A stretch of 64,000 nucleotides of DNA from Deltaproteobacteria bacterium (GTDB taxonomy: Bacteria; Desulfobacterota; Binatia; Binatales; Binataceae), in assembly GCA_021817345.1 (NCBI GenBank), contig JAKAVC010000159.1, positions 1,247 to 65,246 of the forward strand. Reading direction: 5' to 3'. The position numbers were made by a program, and so were the translations under genes. Below are positions 32,516 through 42,784 of this stretch, piece by piece (within the stretch, counting starts at the first letter, position 1; the number at the start of each line of letters is the position of its first letter). The notes beneath the pieces are model-generated. The model was not told the DNA's origin. It did no database searches and saw only the letters and a list, made by a program, of their open reading frames with translations.

Positions 32516-32595
32516 GATTCTTCGCCTTGCTCAGAATGACAGGCGCACGCACGGCTGTTGGTCATTCTGAGCGAAGGCTGCCGAAGCGAAGAATC
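32516..32595. repeat. Imperfect palindromic REP/MITE-like element in the tldD-pmbA spacer
   Basis: Inner 12-bp stem GCTCAGAATGAC (32529-32540) / GTCATTCTGAGC (32561-32572) with a 20-nt loop. Outer 10-bp stem GATTCTTCGC (32516-32525) / GCGAAGAATC (32586-32595). Confidence 0.6.
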
Positions 32596-32665
32596 TCATG
32601 CCACGGGCGTCCCGCTGTAAAATTATTGATAAGACGCCACAGTAGCGGGGAAGCGAGGATTGGCG

Positions 32666-34015
32666 ATGGCTGAGATGGATTTGGCGCTTGCCCAATGGGC
32701 GCTCGACGAGGCGAAGCGATGCGGCGCGACGGCGGCCGAAGTGCTGATGGTCGGCGCGGAGTCGCTCTCCGCGCGGGTCAGGCTTGGCGAAACCGAGAAG
32801 CTCAAGAGTTCGCGCGAGCGGCGGCTTGGGCTTCGCGCCTTCGTCGAGCATCGCTCGGCAACCTCCTCGACCGCGGAGATTGAACGCGACTCGCTCGCCG
32901 CGTTTATCGCCGAGACCGTGAAGCTGGCGCGGCTTACCGCACCCGATCCGTGGTCGGGACTTCCCGACCCCGCGCTCCATCCTTCGCGGCTTCCCGACCT
33001 CGGGCTCGCCGACGACGAGCACGGGATAATCGGAGCCCAAAAGGCGCTCGAACTTGCCCGCGCGTCCGAGTACGCGGCGCTCAAGAGCGACAACCGGATA
33101 AAGAATTCCGAGGGCGCGGAATTCGATTCCGGGCGCTATCACGTGATGTTCGCGAACAGCCAGGGATTCGCCGGCGAATACTCCGGCACCTCGTACAGCT
33201 TGAGCGCGATGCCGATTGCTCAGGACGACAGCGGGATGCAGGTCGGCTACTGGTACACGGCGAACCGGATGTTCGACAGGCTGGAGCCCGCCGAGTCAAT
33301 CGGCGCGACCGCCGCAAAGCGCGCGCTTCGCCGCCTGGGCGCGCGGAAAGTCGAGACCACGCGCGCGCCCGTCATCTTCGACCCAGACATGGCCGCCGGG
33401 CTGATACGCTCGCTTGCGGGCGCGGCCTCGGGAACCTCGCTTTACAAGAGCGCGTCGTTCCTGGTCGGCCGCCTCGGCCACCGGGTCGCTTCGACGAACG
33501 TGACAATCGTTGACGACGGCACGATGCCCTCGGGACTCGGCTCGAAGCCGTTCGACGGCGAGGGTCTGGCCACGAATCGCAAGAACCTGGTCGAAAACGG
33601 GGTGCTCAAGACCTACCTGCTCGACAGCTACTCGGCGCGCCGCCTCGGCCTTGCGCCCACCGGCAACGCCTCGCGCTCGGTCGGCGCGCCGCCGGGCGTA
33701 AGCCCGACCAATCTCTACCTCGAACCCGGCCCGTACACGCCCGAGCGGATAATCGGTTCGGTCAAGCGCGGGCTGTACGTGACGGAGATGATCGGCTTCG
33801 GCGTGAACGCGGTGACGGGCGATTACTCGCGCGGCGCGTCGGGGATGTGGATCGAGGACGGCGAGCTTGCCTATCCGGTGCAGGAGATCACGATTGCGGG
33901 GAATCTCAAGGATATGTTCATGTCGATCGAGATGATAGGGAACGATCTCGTGTGGCGCTCCTCGGTGGTCTCCCCAACCGTCAAGATTGCGGAGATGACC
34001 ATCGCCGGCGCATAA
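32666..34015 (+). CDS. pmbA: Metalloprotease PmbA (TldE)
   Basis: TldD/PmbA-family ORF. ATG 32666 lies 6 nt after GAGGA; the track start 32660 is a TTG. Confidence 0.9.
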   Translation: MAEMDLALAQWALDEAKRCGATAAEVLMVGAESLSARVRLGETEKLKSSRERRLGLRAFVEHRSATSSTAEIERDSLAAFIAETVKLARLTAPDPWSGLPDPALHPSRLPDLGLADDEHGIIGAQKALELARASEYAALKSDNRIKNSEGAEFDSGRYHVMFANSQGFAGEYSGTSYSLSAMPIAQDDSGMQVGYWYTANRMFDRLEPAESIGATAAKRALRRLGARKVETTRAPVIFDPDMAAGLIRSLAGAASGTSLYKSASFLVGRLGHRVASTNVTIVDDGTMPSGLGSKPFDGEGLATNRKNLVENGVLKTYLLDSYSARRLGLAPTGNASRSVGAPPGVSPTNLYLEPGPYTPERIIGSVKRGLYVTEMIGFGVNAVTGDYSRGASGMWIEDGELAYPVQEITIAGNLKDMFMSIEMIGNDLVWRSSVVSPTVKIAEMTIAGA

Positions 34016-34071
34016 GCGCGGGGCGGCGCTCACGCCACTGGCGATCCCGACCTCGTCAATCGTGTTCGGCG

Positions 34072-34440
34072 TTAGCGGCTGCGGCTTTGGAATTTGCGCT
34101 GAAGCCATTCAAGCGCGGCTTGCTGGTCGTCGATAGCCGCACGGCGAATCTGCTTAAGCAACTCGATCCGCGAAAGCCTGGGAAACGGCACGTTGCGCAG
34201 TCCGTCGTTGCAATTGGTGCATTCCGCTCTGAGGTTCTCGGCGGCGTCGCGGTTCGTGGACCTTTCGGTGATGTAACCCACGGTAAGACGAACAGCCTTG
34301 TCGGGGCGGAATGGATCGGGATCGCCGGTCACGGCCCCGCACACCTGGCAGGTGAGTCGGTCGCGTCGGAGTATGCGCTCGCAAACTTCCTCTGAGACCG
34401 CATCTTCGGGCCGGGGACGGAGAAAACGTCTGGAGTTCAT
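34072..34440 (-). CDS. HNH-fold (beta-beta-alpha-metal) protein with substituted catalytic residues
   Basis: 122 aa. The pattern CQVCG(31-35)...LTVGYITE...ENL...CTNCN(74-78) aligns to C-x2-C...(D/H)H...N...C-x2-C-H, but reads GY and N at the two His positions. In-frame TAA at 34453-34455 prevents any upstream extension. Confidence 0.6.
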   Translation of the reverse strand: MNSRRFLRPRPEDAVSEEVCERILRRDRLTCQVCGAVTGDPDPFRPDKAVRLTVGYITERSTNRDAAENLRAECTNCNDGLRNVPFPRLSRIELLKQIRRAAIDDQQAALEWLQRKFQSRSR

Positions 34441-34538
34441 GCGCGCACTGTATTACGGCTCGGGCCGTCAACGAAAGCGTCGCCAAGCCGCGACCTTCAG
34501 CCGAGCTTTGGGTTGGTCTTCGGGCGACGCCCGAAGCG

Positions 34539-34763
34539 CTAGAAATTCTCCCGAATGATCTTCGACAGTTGTTTCAGTGCCTCGGGCGAGAAACGAATAG
34601 ACTGGCTTACTTTGCCCGGGATTTTCCGGCTTTCGGAGCCGTAGGTGTCGATCTGGAGCATCCGGACTCCGTCGGACTCGACGACCGAATATGTACACTC
34701 GGTGTCAGTATGCCGAGTGTCCTTTTCGAGAACTCGCGGCTTCAACTCCCGCACTATCGCCAC
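34539..34763 (-). CDS. Hypothetical 74-aa protein
   Basis: GTG start at 34763 preceded by AGGGGG about 10 nt upstream. Sequence MAIVRELKPRVLEKDTRHTDTECTYSVVESDGVRMLQIDTYGSESRKIPGKVSQSIRF... G+C is about 53-60 percent by hand count. Confidence 0.55.
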   Translation of the reverse strand: MAIVRELKPRVLEKDTRHTDTECTYSVVESDGVRMLQIDTYGSESRKIPGKVSQSIRFSPEALKQLSKIIRENF

Positions 34764-34770
34764 TGACTAA

Positions 34771-34971
34771 TCACCCCCTTTGCGCTTCGCGTTCGACACG
34801 CTCCTTGTCGCACGACGAAATCGTTGGCGCCCAACAATAGGGACAGCCTTTGCCGTTGGAGAGCGGCGTCAGCCATTCCTCGCACTGGAAGCACCACCGT
34901 TTTTCTGCGTTCCGTCTCTGGTTGCGACCGTCCGCGGCGAGTCTGGCTGGCCGCGCCGAAGTCGGACGCAT
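34771..34971 (-). CDS. Small C4 zinc-ribbon protein (66 aa)
   Basis: ATG 34971 lies 4 nt after the coxG TGA, with AAGGG 8 nt upstream. WCFQCEEW-x10-GCPYCW gives C-x2-C-x12-C-x2-C. The longer track ORF (start 35061) overlaps coxG. Confidence 0.45.
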   Translation of the reverse strand: MRPTSARPARLAADGRNQRRNAEKRWCFQCEEWLTPLSNGKGCPYCWAPTISSCDKERVEREAQRG

Positions 34972-34975
34972 ACGA

Positions 34976-35506
34976 TCAGCCCTTGCGGAAGAACGAGCGG
35001 ACCAGGCGGACCAGGTAGCGCCAGAAGTTGAGCAAGATTCCCTGGCGCGCGACCTTGCCAACCGCGTGCGCCTTCAGTTCCGCCTCCGCCGCGGCGAAGA
35101 ACTGCCCGAGCATCATCTTGGCCGCGCTGTCGATCATCCGCTGCCCGACCTGCATCAGCGGCCCGCCGATCTGCACGTCGCCCGCGTAGCGCACGACCGT
35201 CTCATTGGAGTTCCTGGCTTCGAGATCGAGCGTGCCCGAGCCGCGCACGAAGCCCTGCTTGCCCTTGCCGTCAACGATTAACTTGTAATGCTCGGGCGGG
35301 CGCTTGTCCTCAAGCTTGAGCTTGCCCGAGTAAACGCCCTTCACCGAGGCGATTCCGACGTTGATCGTGCCGGCGTATTCGTCGGGGCCGAGCACTTCGA
35401 GCTTTTCGCATCCCGGGATCAGCCTTGAGAGGCGCTCGGGATCGTTGAACAAGCCCCAAACCTGTTCGCGCGGGGCGGAAAGAACCTGTTCGCCTGCGAT
35501 TTTCAT
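34976..35506 (-). CDS. coxG: SRPBCC-family CoxG-like protein
   Basis: ATG 35506 gives MKIAGEQVLSAPREQVWGLFNDPERLSRLIPGCEKLE... Last gene of the cox-like operon. The track ORF start 35833 is over-extended. Confidence 0.85.
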   Translation of the reverse strand: MKIAGEQVLSAPREQVWGLFNDPERLSRLIPGCEKLEVLGPDEYAGTINVGIASVKGVYSGKLKLEDKRPPEHYKLIVDGKGKQGFVRGSGTLDLEARNSNETVVRYAGDVQIGGPLMQVGQRMIDSAAKMMLGQFFAAAEAELKAHAVGKVARQGILLNFWRYLVRLVRSFFRKG

Positions 35507-35546
35507 CGTGGACGCAACTTGTAGCCTCTTCGGATCCGAGCGCTTG

Positions 35547-36410
35547 TCAGCTCTTCGCTCGCGCCAGTGCCTGTTCGAGCGCGCGGCGCGTATAGACGCG
35601 CGCAAGCTCGGAGCGGAACTCGCTCGACGCGTGGATGTCCGATAGCGCGTCGGCACCGTCGGTGACGTGCGCCGCGGCCTGCGCGATCGCGTCGCGCCCC
35701 TTGCCCGCGAGTGCGGATTCCACGGCCTTGGCGCGAAACGCCTTCGCGCAAAGCCCCGTGACTCCCACTCTAACGCTCTGGAAATTCCCCTTCCCGTCGA
35801 GCGTGACGAGCGCGGCAATCCCGACCAGCGCAAATCCTGATGCGGGCTGGCGATGCTTCAAGTAGGCGTAGCCGGCGGCCGGCGCAGGCGGGGTGAACCT
35901 TACGGCGGTAACGATTTCGCCCGGCTGGGCCGCGGTCGTCATCAGGTCGATAAAGAAGTCGTCCGCCTTGACCGTGCGCGCGCCGGATTCGCTTTCGAGG
36001 CTCACTTCGCCGTCGAGCGCGAGGACCGCGGCGGGATAGTCGGCGGCGGGATCGGCGTGGGCGAGACTTCCGCCAAGCGTGCCGCGGTTTCGCACCTGGA
36101 CATCGCCGATTAGCGCGGCGCATTCGGCGAGCAGGCCCAGTTTGCGGCGCACCAGGTCGGAGGTTTCGACCTGGGCGTGAGTGGTGGCGGCGCCAATCAC
36201 GATTTTTCCGCCTTCCTCGCGGATTCCGGAAAGTTCGCGCACCGAGCCGATATCTATGAGATGGGCGGGCGTCGCCAGCCGCATCTTCATCATCGGGACC
36301 AGGCTATGGCCGCCGGCGAGCAGCTTGGCGTCGTCGCCGAACTGCCGCAGCATCGAGAGCGCCTCCTTGACGGAGCCGGCGCGATGGTATTCGAACGGAG
36401 CTGGGAACAT
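35547..36410 (-). CDS. coxM: Molybdenum hydroxylase FAD-binding medium subunit (CoxM-like)
   Basis: ATG 36410 gives MFPAPFEYHRAGSVKEALSML...LLAGGHSLVPMMKMR. Confidence 0.9.
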   Translation of the reverse strand: MFPAPFEYHRAGSVKEALSMLRQFGDDAKLLAGGHSLVPMMKMRLATPAHLIDIGSVRELSGIREEGGKIVIGAATTHAQVETSDLVRRKLGLLAECAALIGDVQVRNRGTLGGSLAHADPAADYPAAVLALDGEVSLESESGARTVKADDFFIDLMTTAAQPGEIVTAVRFTPPAPAAGYAYLKHRQPASGFALVGIAALVTLDGKGNFQSVRVGVTGLCAKAFRAKAVESALAGKGRDAIAQAAAHVTDGADALSDIHASSEFRSELARVYTRRALEQALARAKS

Positions 36411-36415
36411 GGGTC

Positions 36416-38755
36416 CTAAGCCTTCTTCGCGTTGCGGAGCGCGTTCCAGATTTTTTCGGGCTTGAGCGGCATGTCGAGATGCCGGATCCCGAACGGTTTC
36501 AGCGCGTCGAGCACCGCGTTGACGGCGCACGGCGTCGAGCCGATCGTGCCCGCCTCGCCGACGCCCTTTACGCCGAGCATGTTGACCGGCGAGGGCGTGA
36601 TGGTGTTGGCGCAATCGAAATGCGGCAGCATGTCGGCCTTGGGCACCGCGTAATCCATCAGGCTCGCCGTGACGAGCTGCCCGTTTTCGTCGTAAACGAC
36701 CTCTTCATAAAGCGCCTGGGCGATTCCCTGCGCGATACCGCCGTGGACCTGCCCGTCCACCAGCAGCGGGCTGATGATCTTGCCGCAATCGTCAACCGCG
36801 ACGTACTTGAGGAACTTGACGACGCCGGTTTCAGGATCGACCTCGACCACCGCGACGTGCGTGCCGAACGGAAACGTGCACGCCGACGGCTCATAGAAGG
36901 TTTTCTCCTCGAGGCCGGGCTCGACGCCGGGAATCGGCATCTTGTAGCCGTAGGCCGCGTCAACCACCTGCTGGAGCGGGATCGAGCGCGACGGGTCGCT
37001 CGCCATCGCGATCGTGCGCTCGGTGAAGATGAGCTGGTCGGGCGGCACTTCCATCATGGTGGAAGCGATCTTCTTCATCTTGTCCTGGAGCTTCTGCACC
37101 GTGAGCATCAGCGCCGGTCCGCCGACCGTGGTGCCGCGGCTTCCGAACGTGCCGATCCCGTATTGCACCTGCGCGGTATCGCCGTGAACCACGACCACGT
37201 CGTCGATGTCGATTCCGAAAGCATCGGCGACGAGCTGGGCGAAAGTGGTTTCCTGTCCCTGTCCGTGCGGCGAGATGCCGGTCAGCACCGTCACCTTGGA
37301 ATCGGGCTCGATTCTGACCGTGGCGCTTTCCCATCCGCCGCCCTTGAGCTTGGGCGGGAGCAGCGCGGACGGGCCGATACCGCAGATCTCGACGTAAGAA
37401 GAGATACCGATTCCGATAAGCCGGCCCTGCTTGCGCGCGGCTTCCTGCTCGGCGCGCATCTTCTTGTACTCAACCATCGCGAGCGCCTTGTCGAGCGCAA
37501 GGTTGTAATCGCCCGAGTCGTAAACCAGGCCGCCGGCGGTCGGCGCGGGGAACGCCTCCTTGGGGATGAAGTTCTTGCGCCGGACATCGGCCGGGTCGAG
37601 TCCGAACTCGCTTGCGACCATGTCCATCACGCGCTCGGCGATATACGCGGCCTCGGGACGGCCCGCGCCGCGGTAGGCGTCGGTGGACATCTTATTCGTG
37701 AAAGCGAACTTCTGTTCGAAGGCGAGCGCGGGGATTTTGTAGCATCCGGTCATCATCAGGCCCGAGAATCCCGGGATCGCGGGGGTGAGCAGATGCAGGT
37801 AGGCGCCCATGTCGCAGACGAAGCTCGCCTTGACGCCCAGGACTTCGCCGTCCTTTTTGGCCGCGACTTCAAGGTAGGTGATCTGATCGCGGCCGTGGGT
37901 CGTCGCGGCGAGATTCTCGCGCCGGCGCTCGATCCATTTGACGGGCCGGTTGAGCGTCATCGCGAGATACGCGACCAGCGCCTCTTCGGGATAGACGTTG
38001 AGCTTGCATCCGAAGCCGCCGCCCACTTCGGGCGCGATCACGCGGATATGGTTCTCGCCGAGCTTAAGCATCTCGGCCAGTTGCGAGCGCAGAAGATGCG
38101 GGATCTGCGTGGACGACCATAGCGTCAGTTGCTTGAGCCCCGGATGCCACTGCGCAACAACGCCGCGCGGCTCCATCGGCGCGGGCGCAAGCCGCTGGTT
38201 GACGAGGCGGAACTTGATCACCTTGTCCGCCTTGCGCATCGCCTCGTCCACCTGCGGATTCGGCACCTCGCTGCGCATGCAGAGGTTGGTGCCGAACTCC
38301 TCGTGGATAACCGGCGCGTCCTTGTCAAAAGCCTTCTCGGGATCGACCACCGCGTCGAGCGGGTCGTAATCAACATCGAGCAGGTCGAGCGCGTCCTGCG
38401 CCTTGTAGGGATTGGAGGCGACGACGACCGCGACCGGCTCGCCCACGAAGCGGACTTTGCCAAGGGCGAGCACGGGATGGAACGGAACCCGTTCGGCGGG
38501 CGCGACGCACGGCACGCTGCCGATTTTGCCGCGCAGGTCCTCGCCCGTCAGCACCGCGACGACGCCGTCGGCGGCGCGCGCTTTGCCCACGTCGATCGAG
38601 ATTATCTTCGCGTGCGGGTACGGGCTTCGCAGGATCATCGCCGACACCATCCCGACGAGCTTCACGTCGTCGACATAGGTGCCGGTGCCGGAGACAAGCC
38701 GCGGGTCCTCGCGGCGCTTTATTCGTTCACCGACGAACTTCGGAATGACTGGCAT
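36416..38755 (-). CDS. coxL: Molybdopterin-binding large subunit, form-II CoxL-like
   Basis: 779 aa. Active-site loop AYRGAGR at 37658-37678, which I verified by reverse-complement translation. Confidence 0.9.
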   Translation of the reverse strand: MPVIPKFVGERIKRREDPRLVSGTGTYVDDVKLVGMVSAMILRSPYPHAKIISIDVGKARAADGVVAVLTGEDLRGKIGSVPCVAPAERVPFHPVLALGKVRFVGEPVAVVVASNPYKAQDALDLLDVDYDPLDAVVDPEKAFDKDAPVIHEEFGTNLCMRSEVPNPQVDEAMRKADKVIKFRLVNQRLAPAPMEPRGVVAQWHPGLKQLTLWSSTQIPHLLRSQLAEMLKLGENHIRVIAPEVGGGFGCKLNVYPEEALVAYLAMTLNRPVKWIERRRENLAATTHGRDQITYLEVAAKKDGEVLGVKASFVCDMGAYLHLLTPAIPGFSGLMMTGCYKIPALAFEQKFAFTNKMSTDAYRGAGRPEAAYIAERVMDMVASEFGLDPADVRRKNFIPKEAFPAPTAGGLVYDSGDYNLALDKALAMVEYKKMRAEQEAARKQGRLIGIGISSYVEICGIGPSALLPPKLKGGGWESATVRIEPDSKVTVLTGISPHGQGQETTFAQLVADAFGIDIDDVVVVHGDTAQVQYGIGTFGSRGTTVGGPALMLTVQKLQDKMKKIASTMMEVPPDQLIFTERTIAMASDPSRSIPLQQVVDAAYGYKMPIPGVEPGLEEKTFYEPSACTFPFGTHVAVVEVDPETGVVKFLKYVAVDDCGKIISPLLVDGQVHGGIAQGIAQALYEEVVYDENGQLVTASLMDYAVPKADMLPHFDCANTITPSPVNMLGVKGVGEAGTIGSTPCAVNAVLDALKPFGIRHLDMPLKPEKIWNALRNAKKA

Positions 38756-38783
38756 GATTGGCGTCCCTCCTGGGACGGGGTGG

Positions 38784-39260
38784 TCAGGCGCCCTTGGCCG
38801 CGCGCATCTTGTTGGCCGCGTAACGCACCGCGTTGACGATATGCTGATACCCGGTGCATCGGCACAGATTCCCCTCGAGTGCGGCGCGGATTTCCGCCTC
38901 GCTCGGGTCGGGGTTACGGCTGAGCAGGTCGGTCGCCATCATTATCATCCCTGGCGTGCAGTATCCGCACTGGAGTCCGTGCTCTTCCCAGAACCCCTCC
39001 TGTACCGGATGGAACTTGCCGTCTCTGGCAAGACCCTCGACCGTGGTGATTTCCGCTCCCTCGGCCTGGACCGCGAGCGTCGTGCATGATTTGACCGCGC
39101 GGCCGTTCATCAGGACCGTGCAGGCGCCGCATAGCGAGGTTTCGCATCCGACGTGCGTGCCGGTCAGTCCAGCGACCTCGCGCAGGTAATGAACCAGGAG
39201 CGTGCGGGGCTCGATATCGTCCTCGCGCCGCTGTCCGTTGACAGTAAGGCTTACGCGCAT
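38784..39260 (-). CDS. coxS: [2Fe-2S] small subunit (CoxS-like)
   Basis: ATG 39260 gives [10 protein letters not shown]... Cys motifs [24 protein letters not shown]. Confidence 0.93.
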   Translation of the reverse strand: MRVSLTVNGQRREDDIEPRTLLVHYLREVAGLTGTHVGCETSLCGACTVLMNGRAVKSCTTLAVQAEGAEITTVEGLARDGKFHPVQEGFWEEHGLQCGYCTPGMIMMATDLLSRNPDPSEAEIRAALEGNLCRCTGYQHIVNAVRYAANKMRAAKGA

Positions 39261-39508
39261 CGTCTCTCTCCGCAGTCGAAAACCTGTGAAGGTAACTAGC
39301 AAATCACCGCCGCAACGGCTAACCCCGATCGATACTTGAGCGCGCTGGTCAGGGAAGTTCAGGCGTCCCTGCAATTGCGCCACAGGCACGGCGACGGCGC
39401 GTGCCGGCACTTGTCAGCGCGCGCTCTCCGGATACCTGACCGGCGCGCCGTCACGAGCCTTGCCGAGCCCCGGTTCGTGGTTACCTTTCCTACGAGGTTT
39501 GATGGCTG

Positions 39509-42121
<2,613 letters not shown>

Positions 42122-42142
42122 GCGCGAACGTCCGTAAATACC

Positions 42143-42181
42143 GCGGGGAAGCCGGAATTCTCGGCTTCCCCGCTTTGATTT
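42143..42181 (+). terminator. Rho-independent terminator after clpB
   Basis: 12-bp stem GCGGGGAAGCCG / CGGCTTCCCCGC, loop GAATTCT, then TTTGATTT. Confidence 0.8.
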
Positions 42182-42288
42182 CGGTTGCAAGCGTCGGCGA
42201 AAAGACTAAACTACCATGAGCATTGCGAATGTTCCGCTGAATCCGCTATTAGGTTACATCGTCTCGGGACGAGAACCGGACGTGGCCG

Positions 42289-42304
42289 GGCGTTCGCGAA
42301 CGCC
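42289..42304. promoter_or_regulatory. Perfect 16-bp palindrome upstream of the cupredoxin gene (possible operator)
   Basis: GGCGTTCGCGAACGCC is its own reverse complement and ends 24 nt before ATG 42329. Confidence 0.35.
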
Positions 42305-42328
42305 AAAATCAGGGCTTCGAGGACCAAG

Positions 42329-42784
42329 ATGCTGAAATGGGATTCGTCCTTCCTACGGGGAGCTTGTTGCGCGCGCACGAGAAGCGCCTTCATCGGACTT
42401 GCCGCGGGCAGCATGTTTGCTCTGCTCGCGATTGCGGCCGGCCCGATCGCTTCTGCTCGTGCGGCTGACGCCAAGCCAGCGCTGACCGTGACGATGACGG
42501 ATACGGCGCCCTTTTACCATCCCGCCAAGGCGACCATCAAAGTTGGCCAGACGGTTGAATGGGTAAACAAGGGGACGACCGTTCACGATGTTTCGACCGA
42601 GGTTAACAACGCACGCAACCCGAAGGACGTTGAGCTTCCCAAGGGGGCCAAGCCTTTCGACTCCGGTTTTATTCCCCCCGGCGGCAAGTTCAGCTATACC
42701 TTCACGGTGCCCGGCCAGTACAAGTACTTCTGCGTGCCGCATGAAGACGCCGGGATGGTGGGTTATTTGACCGTACAGAAATGA
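42329..42784 (+). CDS. Secreted type-1 copper protein (plastocyanin/pseudoazurin-like cupredoxin)
   Basis: Signal-like N-terminus ...LLAIAAGPIASARA. Copper ligands VHDV and C-x2-H-x4-M (YFCVPHEDAGMVG). Confidence 0.85.
   Translation: MLKWDSSFLRGACCARTRSAFIGLAAGSMFALLAIAAGPIASARAADAKPALTVTMTDTAPFYHPAKATIKVGQTVEWVNKGTTVHDVSTEVNNARNPKDVELPKGAKPFDSGFIPPGGKFSYTFTVPGQYKYFCVPHEDAGMVGYLTVQK

Noticed and set aside
32531-33142. 203-aa minus-strand ORF covering the palindromic repeat and the pmbA 5-prime part
   Set aside because: It is antisense to pmbA, and its C-terminal residues are just a translation of the repeat element.
36479-38122. 547-aa plus-strand ORF inside coxL. Similar long antisense ORFs lie inside czcA (47156-48796), the hpnJ-like gene (52238-53833), ggt (56903-58405), tldD (30896-32398), the Lon-like gene (61503-62747) and the DMT gene (50101-51081).
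   Set aside because: All lie opposite genes with clear family signatures and have repetitive R/G/A/D-rich translations.
39331-39360. CTTGAG half-site upstream of clpB, resembling an HspR HAIR element
   Set aside because: The required inverted partner (ACTCAAG after 7 nt) is absent, and a single hexamer is not evidence.
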